Positions 38,651 through 47,851 of a DNA stretch of 64,000 nt are shown one piece after another. Position 1 is the stretch's first letter. Every line of letters begins with the position of its first letter. A program made the position numbers and the translations under genes. A model generated the notes under the pieces. The model saw only the letters and a list, made by a program, of their open reading frames with translations. It made no database searches and was not told the DNA's origin. The stretch is from an uncultured Candidatus Saccharibacteria bacterium (GTDB taxonomy: Bacteria; Patescibacteriota; Minisyncoccia; UBA6257; 1-14-0-10-44-23). The stretch spans positions 91,922 through 155,921 of the forward strand of contig CAZJVT010000001.1 in the NCBI GenBank assembly GCA_964549935.1. The letters are read 5' to 3'.

Positions 38651-39016
38651 CTAGTAGTACATCCCGATGATGTAGTAGAGCGTCAGGAAGAAGGTGAAGA
38701 GCGAAAGGAGTAAGACGCCACCGGCGGCAAGCTCTTTAACTTTGGCGATGCCCGGGTGGTGTTCCTGAACGAGCGCGTCGGCGAGTTCCTCGATTGCGGT
38801 GTTAAATATTTCGGCGACAAGCGTGACGAAGATGAGGACGATGATAACGATACGCTCCGGAACCGGGACGGCGAAGAAGGCGAGTAAGGTTATCGCGATA
38901 ATACCGGCGACAATTAAGAGGCGGAAGTTGCGTTCCGTCGAGGCGTGGAGCCAGCCGCGCATCGCGCCGCCGAAGCTCGTCATAAATGGCTGCCGTTGTT
39001 TTGTAGGGTGTGTCAT
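38651..39016 (-). CDS. dgkA: Diacylglycerol kinase / undecaprenol kinase (prokaryotic DgkA family)
   Basis: Three TM segments plus the EIFNTAIEELAD motif; 121 aa. Confidence 0.8.
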   Translation of the reverse strand: MTHPTKQRQPFMTSFGGAMRGWLHASTERNFRLLIVAGIIAITLLAFFAVPVPERIVIIVLIFVTLVAEIFNTAIEELADALVQEHHPGIAKVKELAAGGVLLLSLFTFFLTLYYIIGMYY

Positions 39017-39191
39017 AGCCTAATCATAGACGATAAACAAGAAACAATAAACAAGTACAGAGGAGGCAGTGGATTACCCACCTATGCCGGTTTTTGGTGT
39101 GGAGGTATACTTACTCTATCGGTCGCTGGTCGAACGACCGTAGTATTGTTTAAGACTCAAAACTACTATGGAAGGAAAAGGAGGATGCTGT

Positions 39192-39434
39192 ATGGTATCG
39201 AAGATCGCTAAGATCTTAATAATCATCGGTGCTATCAACTGGGGTCTTGTCGGTTTGGGCTGGCTCTTTGGCGGCGCAGACTGGAACGTGGTCCACATGA
39301 TTTTCGGAAGCTGGATGACCGTCGAAGCAATCATTTACTTGCTTGTCGGTATCGCCGGTGTGATGAAAATCTTCGGCTGCCGCTGCAAGATGTGCACGGC
39401 CTGCACTGCAGGAGGCGAGCACGCTGCCCACTAA
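39192..39434 (+). CDS. DUF378-family small membrane protein with a Cys-rich C-terminal tail (CRCKMCTACTAGGEHAAH)
   Basis: GAINWGLVGLGWLFG motif. A terminator follows at 39446-39478. Confidence 0.55.
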   Translation: MVSKIAKILIIIGAINWGLVGLGWLFGGADWNVVHMIFGSWMTVEAIIYLLVGIAGVMKIFGCRCKMCTACTAGGEHAAH

Positions 39435-39549
39435 GGGTTTATATTCAAAGAGCGGCTGTGAGGGCCGCTTTTTGATTTTGACGATTGTCGGCACGGGTGC
39501 TATATTTCGTGTACGAAAGAAGGTCCTTAATTAATTTTAATTTTTTAGT

Positions 39550-40107
39550 ATGAAAAATAAGTCCTTGTGGATAGTGCTCGGTATTGTCGCCGTCATTGCG
39601 ATTTGGGCGATTAGCGGTTATAACCGACTCGTAACGCTTAACGCTTCTGTTGATAACCAGTGGGCACAGGTTGAGACTCAGTATCAACGTCGTTTTGATC
39701 TGATCCCGAACCTCGTTGCTTCAGTGAAAGGAGTGCTCAAGCAGGAGCAAACGGTCTTTGGTGAGATAGCCGATGCCCGCACGAAGTACGCCGGTGCCAC
39801 GACGATTGATCAGAAGGTTGCTGCCGCCAACGACATTGAGTCCTCGCTCGGTCGCTTGCTCGTCATTATGGAAAACTACCCGGTTTTGAAGTCTTCCGAA
39901 ACCGTTCAGACTTTGATGACCCAGCTCGAGGGGACAGAGAACCGCATCAGTGTGGAGCGTAAGCGCTTTAACGACGACGTGACCTCACTCAACGTTGCTA
40001 CCCAGCGCTTCCCGTCTTCAATCCTTGCCGGCATCTTTGGCTTCAAGGGCCGCGAGTTGTTTAAGGCCGTCGAGGCAGCCCAGACTGCTCCGCAGGTACA
40101 GCTCTAA
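39550..40107 (+). CDS. lemA: LemA-family protein
   Basis: N-terminal TM segment and LemA domain (NRLVTLNASVDNQWAQVETQYQRRFDLIPNLV). Confidence 0.8.
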   Translation: MKNKSLWIVLGIVAVIAIWAISGYNRLVTLNASVDNQWAQVETQYQRRFDLIPNLVASVKGVLKQEQTVFGEIADARTKYAGATTIDQKVAAANDIESSLGRLLVIMENYPVLKSSETVQTLMTQLEGTENRISVERKRFNDDVTSLNVATQRFPSSILAGIFGFKGRELFKAVEAAQTAPQVQL

Positions 40108-40127
40108 GTATTTCTTGTCTCCGGCTC

Positions 40128-40165
40128 ATCTCTATGGACCCGCTGTGCGGGTCCATAGTTTTTTA
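40128..40165 (+). terminator. Rho-independent terminator (ctatggacccgctgtgcgggtccatagtttttt)
   Basis: 12-bp perfect hairpin followed by a T-run. Confidence 0.7.
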
Positions 40166-40205
40166 AACACGCCTCGCTTGTTTTGATTCTTCTTGGGGGC
40201 TATAG

Positions 40206-40832
40206 TTGATGTATATGGGAATTTACGCTATTAAGCCGAAGTTTCAGAAAGTGCTGACTCCGGTTAAGGATTTTTTTGTGCGCCACCGCATCGGCCCTAC
40301 AACCATTAATGTCTGGGGGCTCATCTTTTCGCTTTTGATGGGATTCGCTTTGTATTATTCGTATGAAAATAAATGGCTGCTTATCGCCGTCCCTGTGCTT
40401 GCGTTCATTCGGACGGCTTTCAATGCTCTAGACGGTTTGGTTTCTCGCGAGCTGGGTGTCGCTTCTCGTTTTGGCGAGGTTCTAAATGAGCTCATCGACC
40501 GGATTTCCGACGCCGCAATTTTCATCGGCCTCGCACTCTCGCCGTATGCCGATTTTACGCTGGGGAGCATTGTCGTGATCGTTATTCTGCTCAACAGCTA
40601 TTTGAGCATCTTAAGTAAAGCCGCCGGAGCCTCGCGCCAGTACGGCGGGTTCATGGGTAAGGCGGATCGTATGTTTTATCTTGGCCTGGCGGCGATTATC
40701 GTCCTCGCATGGGGATACACCGCTGCTTGGAATTATCTGTTCTGGTTTATGCTCGCCGGTACCGTCCTGACCTTGTGCCAACGTTTTATGGCAACAAAAC
40801 GCGAACTCGCGGAAGAACATGCCAAGTCCTAA
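40206..40832 (+). CDS. CDP-alcohol phosphatidyltransferase (PgsA-like phosphatidylglycerophosphate synthase family)
   Basis: Signature DG..SRELGVASRFGEVLNELIDRISD (D-G-x2-A-R-x8-G-x3-D-x3-D). Confidence 0.75.
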   Translation: MMYMGIYAIKPKFQKVLTPVKDFFVRHRIGPTTINVWGLIFSLLMGFALYYSYENKWLLIAVPVLAFIRTAFNALDGLVSRELGVASRFGEVLNELIDRISDAAIFIGLALSPYADFTLGSIVVIVILLNSYLSILSKAAGASRQYGGFMGKADRMFYLGLAAIIVLAWGYTAAWNYLFWFMLAGTVLTLCQRFMATKRELAEEHAKS

Positions 40833-41772
40833 CTTTTTAAATCCGCTTCTTAATCCTGTCTTTCTGCCGGTCATCTTACGGACAGTTACGCTCTTTGTAG
40901 TCGGCTTTTTGGCGATTCTTGCGGCAAACAGATTCCACGTTAAAGACATCTTTGCCTCCAAGCTCGGCCAAATCTATCGCGGCTGGCTCATTTTGACTCC
41001 GATTTATTTTGCCGGCATTTTCCTTGGCCGCATTCCCGGACTTATCGTCATTATGATTTTTATGTGGTTGGCGGTTGGCGAAGTATCGAGAATAGCAAAA
41101 CTGCCGACGGCGTATAAAGCCGGCCTTTTGTTGCTCTCCGCCTGCAGCTTGTTAGTCGCCAGCTACTACACCGTTTATTTCTACTCGCTGCCGCTGTTTT
41201 ACTTTATCGTGATTACCGCGATCGCCATCAGGCGCAACGACAGCAAAGAGGGGTTTATGCATTTCGCTATCTCGCTGTTTACTTCGATTTGGATTATTTT
41301 TTCGCTCAGTCATTTTGTTTTACTCGCGCATCTTAACAACACAATTGACCCGAATCGGTCATTGCTACTGCTGGTTATTCTCGCTGTTTCGCTTAGCGAC
41401 ATCGGCGCGTATATTTTTGGCAAACTGTTCCATAAGCTGAACTTTTTCGACTCCTTTAAAATTGCTTCAAATATCAGTCCGAACAAAACCTACATCGGTG
41501 TGATCGGGCACATTTTGGGCGCGGCCGGCGGTATCGCAATCATGCATTTTGCCGTAAGCGGCTACCTCTCATTGCCGCAGTGGGCGCTGGTTGCGGTGCT
41601 TATTGGTTGCTTTGGTCTGGTTGGCGGACTGACTAATTCGCTGTTCAAGCGATACTATGAAGTCAAAGACAGCAGCAGCCTTCTGCCCGGGCTTGGCGGC
41701 GTTTTGGACCGCATCGACAGCCTGACCCGCGTGATTATCGTCCTGTACTACTACTTCTTATTTGTTTTCTGA
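40819..41772 (+). CDS. cdsA: Phosphatidate cytidylyltransferase (CDP-diacylglycerol synthase)
   Basis: C-terminal signature LLPGLGGVLDRIDSL. It is a polytopic membrane protein. Confidence 0.8.
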   Translation: MPSPNFLNPLLNPVFLPVILRTVTLFVVGFLAILAANRFHVKDIFASKLGQIYRGWLILTPIYFAGIFLGRIPGLIVIMIFMWLAVGEVSRIAKLPTAYKAGLLLLSACSLLVASYYTVYFYSLPLFYFIVITAIAIRRNDSKEGFMHFAISLFTSIWIIFSLSHFVLLAHLNNTIDPNRSLLLLVILAVSLSDIGAYIFGKLFHKLNFFDSFKIASNISPNKTYIGVIGHILGAAGGIAIMHFAVSGYLSLPQWALVAVLIGCFGLVGGLTNSLFKRYYEVKDSSSLLPGLGGVLDRIDSLTRVIIVLYYYFLFVF

Positions 41773-41832
41773 AGCTCTGAGTTACAGAACTCCTTCCGTG
41801 CGATTTTTTCCTTGCTCGTGGAGCTTCGTAAT

Positions 41833-42168
41833 TCAGAGCTTTGAAGCCAGCACGACGGCAAAGGCATACTCACCATCGTGTGAGATGCTGCATTCCAGTG
41901 CCAAACCTTCGGATTTTTCGTCTTTGATGATGAGCACCGGTTTACCGGAGTCTTCGTGTCGTACCTCGATATCCAGCCACTGATCGTTGCGAAGTCCGAG
42001 CGCTTTGATAGAGGCCTCTTTAACCGCAAAGATGCCGGATAAGTGTTCGGCGTTTGTACCGGTAAGCTCGCTCGGGTGAAAAAGTTTGGCGAGCAGGTTT
42101 TTGTCGGACAACATTTTCTCGACCCGGTTGATTTTGACGATGTCGCAGCCGATGTGGTTTTTAATCAT
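41833..42168 (-). CDS. acpS: Holo-[acyl-carrier-protein] synthase (4'-phosphopantetheinyl transferase)
   Basis: GCDIVKINRV and FAVKEASIKALG motifs; 111 aa. Confidence 0.8.
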   Translation of the reverse strand: MIKNHIGCDIVKINRVEKMLSDKNLLAKLFHPSELTGTNAEHLSGIFAVKEASIKALGLRNDQWLDIEVRHEDSGKPVLIIKDEKSEGLALECSISHDGEYAFAVVLASKL

Positions 42169-44650
42169 GTGTTTTGAATTTTTGTTCTAACTCTTCAGTG
42201 GCTTGTATATACGAGATTGTCTTTGGGAATCGAACGGGGCGACCGATGTGCGCCGTCGTGACGCCGTGGCGGGGGAGACTCGCGCCCTTCGGCAGGAGTT
42301 CGAAGTTGCCTTGGAGCTGAATAGGCACGATGGGCACGTCCATTTCCTGCGCGATAATGCCGATACCTTTCTTAAACGGGTGCAGTTTGCCGTCCTGGCT
42401 GCGTGTGCCTTCCGGGTAGATGATGAGCGACCATCCGGCGTCTAAGAATTTGCCGATCTGTGAGAAGTTTTCGTGGACGTTGGTGTCGCGGTCGAGCGGG
42501 AAGGCGTTAAAAAGCAGTGCGGCCAGAAAGGCTTTGCCGGGACTTGTGAAGAAATAATCTTTGGCTGCGGCGACCACCACCTTGCGCCGGATTCTAAGCG
42601 GCAGAGCCTTGAGAATCGTGGAGGTGTCCAGGTGGCTGGTGTGGTTGGCGATAAAAACAAAGGGCCCATTGCCGTGCAGATGTTCTGTGCCGGCAACGAC
42701 CAGCTTTTGGCGTAGCGCCATTACGGCAAACAGAATAGCTTGTAGCACGAGGCGCAGTGCCACAGCCGGTAAGGTAAGTGGCCACTTTTTTACGGCGTTC
42801 TGCTTTTTTGATTTCTCTTCAGAGGCGATATATTTTCGCAAATCCGCGACAGTGGTCTTTGCGTTAATGATTGTTTCGTCGAGCAGCGCGCCGAGATCCT
42901 CTTCGAAGCGCGAAACCATCTCCAGGCGCTTGATGGAGTCCATTTTCAGGTCGAGGGTTAGTACGCTGCTGTCGGTTATCGAGCCGGCGGGGAGTCCGGT
43001 GATTTCGCCGAGTATCTTGCAGAGCTCGTCAGTTTGTTTATTGCTCGCTGTTGCCTCGTGCGGACCGTTTGCAAGGAGGGTGAGTGCCTGTTTGTAGACG
43101 GCGTCACGCACCACTTTGCGAGTCGGAGTTCGGGGGAAGTCTGACCCGGGCCAGAGCAAGAAGTTTTGGATTTTTTGGTGCGAGGCGAGGTGTTCGTTGG
43201 CGGCGCTGATAATTTGCTTCGGTTCTTTTGTCTCTTCCCGCAGCAGCAAAACAGCTGTGAGCTCGATGTCGGCATTTTCGCGGGGGACACCGATTACGAC
43301 GCTGTCTTTTACTCCCGGCACTGCGTTTAAGACCTCCTCAATGTCTTCGGGGTAAATCTTCATACCTCCGGCACCAACCAGCATATTTTTCCGCCTGCCG
43401 GTTAAAAACAAAAAGCCATCCTGGTCCAGTTTGCCAATGTCGCCGGTTTTCAGCCAACCGTCCGCAAAAATTTTATGTGTTGCCTCCTGATCGCCGTAAT
43501 AGCCGGAGGTGATGTTGTCTCCCTGCGCGAGAATCTCTCCGTCTTCGGTGATTTTAATCTTTTGGCCGGGGAGCGCTCTGCCGACGGAGTGGGCTTTGTG
43601 CGTCTTAAGCGAATTAACGCTGACAAGCGGTGAGCCCTCGGTTAATCCGTAGCCCTGTAAAATAGTTACACCGATACTAGCCCAGAAGTCTTCGATGTTT
43701 GCGGCCAGTGGCGCGCCGCCGACAAAAAAGTTATTGAGATCTCTGCCGACCGCGGCCCGTACCTTTGCAAAAAGAATCTTTTTTAAAAACGCGGGCAGGG
43801 GAGCGGCGAATTTCAGCAACGAGGCGAAGCCTTTTTCGGCGCCGGCTTTTTTGACACCGCGTTCGATAGTGTCTTTCAGCAGTTTCAAAAAGATTGGCGT
43901 GCAGACGACCGAGGTGATTTTTTCTTCACGAATGGCGCGGGTTATTTCAATCGGCTTGATGGTATACGGGTAGCTGATTCGTGAGTCGAGCATGATTGGC
44001 ACGCAGAGGCCGACGGTCTGCTCGAGCAGGTGGCTTAGCGGGACTATCGAAAGAAATTTCTGATTCGGGGCGATTTGCACTGCTTCGCAAAGCGACTGCG
44101 CGTTGGCGATCAGGTTTCTGTGCTTAATCATCACGCCCTTGGGCGTACCGGTGCTGCCGGAGGTGAAAACAATTTCGAGCAGGTCCTCTTCGGTTATCTG
44201 CGGGCGTTCCGGCTGGTGGCCGCGTAGCGTGCTTAGTTCCTGTTCCAGATTTTCGACAAGGACGGTCGGGCAACCGATGTTTGCAGCGAGCGGTTTGTAA
44301 AAGGAGGTAAACAAAAGTTTTGCCTCCGTTTTTGCAATAATCGCTCGGATGAATTCGTCCGTTGAATTAAAGTCGAGTGGAACGAGTACGATGCCTTGCT
44401 GCGCACAGGCAAAAAAGATTGCCGCCCAGAGCGGGTGATTGTAGGAGCAGAGTGCGACGCGGTCACCCTTTTGCAGGCCCCGACTAATGAGCAGCTTTTC
44501 AATAGCTCGGACTGTCTCGGCGGTTTTGCGGTAGGTCCAGGGCTTGTTGCGGTATTTTTTGCGCTCGACAAAAAGGATTCGGTCCGGATGACGTAAAAAT
44601 GCAGAGGTAAGAATCGTCGGTAGGATGCGTGGCGCCTTTCCGCTGTTCAT
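42161..44650 (-). CDS. Tri-domain fusion of an AMP-dependent acyl synthetase/ligase, a carrier-protein-like segment and a lysophospholipid acyltransferase (PlsC family); Aas-like but in reversed domain order
   Basis: FTSGSTGTPKGV and GYGLTE adenylation motifs, the central LDLKMDSIKRLEM (DS phosphopantetheine-site-like) segment, and the C-terminal acyltransferase motifs FIANHTSHLD (HxxxxD) and YPEGTRS. Confidence 0.8.
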   Translation of the reverse strand: MNSGKAPRILPTILTSAFLRHPDRILFVERKKYRNKPWTYRKTAETVRAIEKLLISRGLQKGDRVALCSYNHPLWAAIFFACAQQGIVLVPLDFNSTDEFIRAIIAKTEAKLLFTSFYKPLAANIGCPTVLVENLEQELSTLRGHQPERPQITEEDLLEIVFTSGSTGTPKGVMIKHRNLIANAQSLCEAVQIAPNQKFLSIVPLSHLLEQTVGLCVPIMLDSRISYPYTIKPIEITRAIREEKITSVVCTPIFLKLLKDTIERGVKKAGAEKGFASLLKFAAPLPAFLKKILFAKVRAAVGRDLNNFFVGGAPLAANIEDFWASIGVTILQGYGLTEGSPLVSVNSLKTHKAHSVGRALPGQKIKITEDGEILAQGDNITSGYYGDQEATHKIFADGWLKTGDIGKLDQDGFLFLTGRRKNMLVGAGGMKIYPEDIEEVLNAVPGVKDSVVIGVPRENADIELTAVLLLREETKEPKQIISAANEHLASHQKIQNFLLWPGSDFPRTPTRKVVRDAVYKQALTLLANGPHEATASNKQTDELCKILGEITGLPAGSITDSSVLTLDLKMDSIKRLEMVSRFEEDLGALLDETIINAKTTVADLRKYIASEEKSKKQNAVKKWPLTLPAVALRLVLQAILFAVMALRQKLVVAGTEHLHGNGPFVFIANHTSHLDTSTILKALPLRIRRKVVVAAAKDYFFTSPGKAFLAALLFNAFPLDRDTNVHENFSQIGKFLDAGWSLIIYPEGTRSQDGKLHPFKKGIGIIAQEMDVPIVPIQLQGNFELLPKGASLPRHGVTTAHIGRPVRFPKTISYIQATEELEQKFKTHD

Positions 44651-44702
44651 TACGTGTAATAATACTAAATTTTGGGCACTTTAGCACGGCGCAATCCGGC
44701 TC

Positions 44703-44722
44703 TTGACACGGTTGGTATAATG
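44703..44722 (+). promoter_or_regulatory. Strong extended -10 promoter (TTGACA then TGGTATAAT) with no ORF downstream
   Basis: TTGACA at 44703-44708 and TGG+TATAAT at 44713-44721. The 7-nt spacing means the extended -10 probably drives initiation. Confidence 0.5.
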
Positions 44723-44727
44723 GACGG

Positions 44728-44872
44728 ACCAGGTTAGTTCTGCGCTGATTGTTGAGCGCCGGACTTTGTCGGACCTGGCGAACGGTAATCTACTATTCGA
44801 CTATTATGGACGGAACAAAGGGAGGTTGCAGCTGCTAAGGCAGTTTGCTCCGGGCGCGCCTACTGGCGCGCC
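44728..44872 (+). ncRNA. Candidate small RNA of about 145 nt with its own promoter and terminator; weak resemblance to SRP (4.5S) RNA domain IV
   Basis: Starts about 7 nt after the -10 and ends at the hairpin CCGGGCGCGCC-TACT-GGCGCGCCCGG followed by TTTGTT. The internal GUCGGACCUGGCGAACGG and GCAGCUGCUAAGGCAG resemble the SRP RNA helix-8 strands GUCAGGUCCGGAAGG and GCAGCCAAGGCAG. Confidence 0.35.
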
Positions 44873-45038
44873 CGGTTTGTTATGCACTTTCTTTTTTTTA
44901 GTAATGTCTCTATGCTGAAAGTGTAGCTCCCGATTGTCAGGCGGGAGAGGGTACCAGGAGGAAGCCTCTTGCGAAGGAGCCATCGTTGGTTCCGCGCGCG
45001 TTGGCCGTATCAGTCGCCCAGAAGGTGACTAGCGGCCC

Positions 45039-45057
45039 GGAAGGAGGTGATCCAGCC
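45039..45057 (-). other. Exact mimic of the 16S rRNA 3' terminus on the minus strand (GGCUGGAUCACCUCCUUCC), preceded by an h45-like hairpin. On the plus strand this reads as a perfect extended Shine-Dalgarno, GGAAGGAGGTGATCC, with no start codon.
   Basis: 17/17 identity to the conserved GGCUGGAUCACCUCCUU 3' tail. The surrounding minus strand carries at least three more CCUCC motifs. Confidence 0.4.
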
Positions 45058-45250
45058 AACGTAGGGCTAAGTAGACCCTACGAATCAGTTCGGCTTATAC
45101 CCGACTGACGCGCATCGCACGGACTGTTCCAACCGGCGGATAGTCATAGGTCCCCCGGTCGCCGTGTCGCTCGGTGGAGGTCTTGCCCGAAGCTCGACCT
45201 CCACCACCCACCCTCTGTGCATAAGATGTGGACTGTAGTCAAATTCCCGC

Positions 45251-45285
45251 ATAGCGGGATACTTTTTTATCTTTTTGTCCAGCAT
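45251..45285 (+). terminator. Rho-independent terminator-like hairpin (cccgcatagcgggatacttttttatcttttt)
   Basis: CCCGC/GCGGG stem followed by T-runs. Confidence 0.45.
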
Positions 45286-45553
45286 TTTGGGGCCCTTTTT
45301 GGACGGTATACTTAAGGAGAACTTCGCGAAAGTTCTTAGTCTCCTGATCAGAGACTTACCGTCGATAATTAACCGCGTTACTCAATACCAGTAGTGCGCG
45401 CAAGACTCACAAATCTAAAATTATGGACACAGTCAAAGCATTAGTAGGAGGCTCGGGTAAGCCGCAGCCGGGACAGCCGATGCCGCCGAGCCAGCCAATG
45501 GGAGGACACTAAGAATCTTACAAAAACCCGCCAAACAGGCGGGTTTTTGGTTG

Positions 45554-45586
45554 CAACGGCTCAACGAGCCGCCGTTGAGCCGTGAG
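45554..45586. repeat. Dispersed palindromic intergenic element, copy 1 (CAACGGCTCAACGAGCCGCCGTTGAGCCGTGAG)
   Basis: Inverted repeat CGGCTCAACG/CGTTGAGCCG. Related copies lie at 49215, 54473 and 59692. Confidence 0.7.
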
Positions 45587-45603
45587 AATATGCGAGAGTA
45601 GTT

Positions 45604-46509
45604 TTACTTAAACATCACCGTCCCGCTATCAAGCTTGAGGTCAAAAATAAGTTCACCCTTCGAGGTAAAGTGGAAGCTCTTGGTCTGGTTAAGCAGTTTG
45701 GCGAAGTCGGACTCCTGCGAGCCCTGACAAAACATCTGCGTGGACATGATATCGCTAAACGTCAGGTTCGTTCCGTTTACGGTATATGTTCCGCCGCCGT
45801 TATTACAGTCAGTGGCCATATCGAACTGGTTGTTGGTGCGGAATGTCAGCTTAAAGGCATCGATTTTGACCGGTGCGAGCACCTTGCCATCGCTGTAGGT
45901 CGCGCTGATCCAGGTCCAGGGTTTCATCGTGAGAGTCATGCGGCTTGGATCAGCCTCGCCCTCGAAGTTTTGTGCCACCTCGCCAAACTTCATCGTCGGG
46001 ATATCGAGGAGAAGCCAGATGCTTTTGCCGACGGACGGTTGCACACTAAAGCTCTCGCCGGTTTTGCGGTCCGCGTAGTTGACGATGACGATGTTACCTT
46101 TGCCCATCTCGGTCGTCTGCGGGGCTATACGGTCACCGAGTAAGACGGCGTCCGAGCCGACGTAGCCATTAATAGTATTCAGCGCTGCGACGACGTAGTA
46201 GTATACGCCGGTGCCGCCGGTTTCTTGTGTAAGCAGGAAGGCGACATCCTGACGCCCGTCGCCGTTAAAGTCGTGCTGCACCGCGTTACCAAAGTAGCGT
46301 GTTGTAATTTTTGAAGCCGAGCCCGGAGCCGCCTCGACTGAAGAAACGCCGCCCGTAAGCTTGACCGGAGTGCCGGCGATTATGTAAGTCGCATCCTTTT
46401 CGCTGGTCGTTGCCGTCTGCTCTTTGACGGTAGTACTGTTGTTAAAAATAAGGAAGGCGATGACGACTATGATAATGGCCCCGACTGCGTACAGGATTTT
46501 TTTGTTCAT
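45604..46509 (-). CDS. Membrane-anchored protein with a C-terminal META/HslJ-like domain
   Basis: N-terminal TM segment. The C-terminal DCNNGGGTYTVNGTNLTFSDIMSTQMFCQG matches the META (DUF306) core. Confidence 0.6.
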   Translation of the reverse strand: MNKKILYAVGAIIIVVIAFLIFNNSTTVKEQTATTSEKDATYIIAGTPVKLTGGVSSVEAAPGSASKITTRYFGNAVQHDFNGDGRQDVAFLLTQETGGTGVYYYVVAALNTINGYVGSDAVLLGDRIAPQTTEMGKGNIVIVNYADRKTGESFSVQPSVGKSIWLLLDIPTMKFGEVAQNFEGEADPSRMTLTMKPWTWISATYSDGKVLAPVKIDAFKLTFRTNNQFDMATDCNNGGGTYTVNGTNLTFSDIMSTQMFCQGSQESDFAKLLNQTKSFHFTSKGELIFDLKLDSGTVMFK

Positions 46510-46726
46510 AATGACAAAGTATAAAGTTTTCCGGCCCGGCAGGCCAGGGGTGTATAGATTAAGACGCAGACCTTCGCAAAGTATTACGATTCCCCAGATG
46601 ATTATCTTGCGGTGTAATGGTATGCTTTTTAAAACGGCTTAGATACCCACGCGGTAAAAAGCGTAATCTCAAAGGTCGCGCGACAGTTAAAAAAATATAA
46701 TCCAGCATTACTATATAAAAATACCT

Positions 46727-47695
46727 ATGCAAAAAAGTAGTTTTCGATATTTCGCAGCCGCAGTTGCAACGCTTTCAGTCCTTAGTTTCTTCCCGGCTCT
46801 CGCTTCCGCGGAGACGATCAGCGTGAACTTTGAAACGCCGACCTACACCCTTGGTGTGATTAACGCGCAGGACGGTTGGAGCAGCTTGGGTGCGGCCGGA
46901 CTTGGTTGCGCAGTCTATGATCACGCGGTTAATAGCAGCTTGAGCACGCCGGGCTTCGGCGGTCAGAGTCTGCGTATCTCAAACGCGGTTGTGAGCGGTT
47001 GCTTTGGCGACCAGACGTTTGCCAAGCCGCTTACTAACGCGGTCGGTGAGGCTGCGGCAACAGCCGGAGCTTTTTCCGTCGGCACACTTGCGAGCCATTT
47101 CGAGAGTGAGTTCGCGCTTGCCTCCGCCGTACCGGGCGCACAGCAGCCGGACTTGTACTTGTCAGTCTCTCCGGATCGAGGCGACGGCTCGCGTATGAGC
47201 TACCTCCGCTTCGAAGATCAGCCGGACGGCATCCACGCCTTCTTTGATGACGTAACCAGTACCCAGACGCCAAACAGCGATCAGTTCAATGAAACTGACA
47301 TTGCCACGCTTAACCGCAGTACGCCACACGTCGTGAAGTTTGTGATGGATATGGTAAATGGTCCGTCTAACGACGTCGTAAAGGTATACATCGATGGAGT
47401 CCTGAAGATTACCGGCACGAGCTGGGAGGATTACTACCGCTACGACAGCGAGGCAGCCGCCGAGCAGAGCCCGCGCATCATTAAGACGCTGCTCTTCCGC
47501 ACCGGTGGTGGGACAAACTACCCGGCGCTCTCGGGCAACGGCTTCTTAGTAGACAACCTTTCTTTGCAGTCCGGTCCGGTGCTTTTGACGCCGACGGATA
47601 AGAATCAGTGCAAGAAGGACGGTTGGCAGACCTTCAACAACCCGGTCTTTAAAAACCAGGGTCAGTGCGTAAAGTTTGTCGAGACCGGCAAATAG
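46727..47695 (+). CDS. Secreted hypothetical protein (signal peptide ending at ALASA)
   Basis: ORF with a clear Sec signal peptide, followed by the terminator at 47720-47752. Confidence 0.5.
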   Translation: MQKSSFRYFAAAVATLSVLSFFPALASAETISVNFETPTYTLGVINAQDGWSSLGAAGLGCAVYDHAVNSSLSTPGFGGQSLRISNAVVSGCFGDQTFAKPLTNAVGEAAATAGAFSVGTLASHFESEFALASAVPGAQQPDLYLSVSPDRGDGSRMSYLRFEDQPDGIHAFFDDVTSTQTPNSDQFNETDIATLNRSTPHVVKFVMDMVNGPSNDVVKVYIDGVLKITGTSWEDYYRYDSEAAAEQSPRIIKTLLFRTGGGTNYPALSGNGFLVDNLSLQSGPVLLTPTDKNQCKKDGWQTFNNPVFKNQGQCVKFVETGK

Positions 47696-47804
47696 TCAGC
47701 AAAAGACCAGATCTTTTTCCAAAACCCGCGTGCAAGCGGGTTTTGGGTTTTTTGTGCCCCGCTTCCGCGCCCCACGGCGCGGAAGCGGGGATATGCACAC
47801 CCGC

Positions 47805-47836
47805 AGTTGCCGGATTACAGCGTGGTTTGGTATACT
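47805..47836 (+). promoter_or_regulatory. Promoter TTGCCG-18-TGGTATACT upstream of the SAM riboswitch
   Basis: The hexamers and spacing were read directly. Confidence 0.45.
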
Positions 47837-47851
47837 GCTTGCACAACTAAA

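Noticed and set aside
44703-44721. Canonical sigma70 -35/-10 pair TTGACA/TATAAT
   Set aside because: The spacer is only 7 nt, so the -35 hexamer cannot function with this -10. I describe the promoter as an extended -10 (TGn) type.
44900-45300. Possible RNase P RNA (a CGGCTTAT...CGACTGAC stretch resembles the P4/P1 3' strands)
   Set aside because: The universal GGAAAGUCC and AGGGUGAAA/ACAGAA blocks are absent on both strands, so I do not call RNase P.
44651-45600. A complete 16S rRNA gene implied by the exact 16S 3'-tail match
   Set aside because: Only about 950 bp are free of genes, and the upstream sequence bears no resemblance to 16S helices 44-45. I report it only as a 3'-end mimic or remnant.
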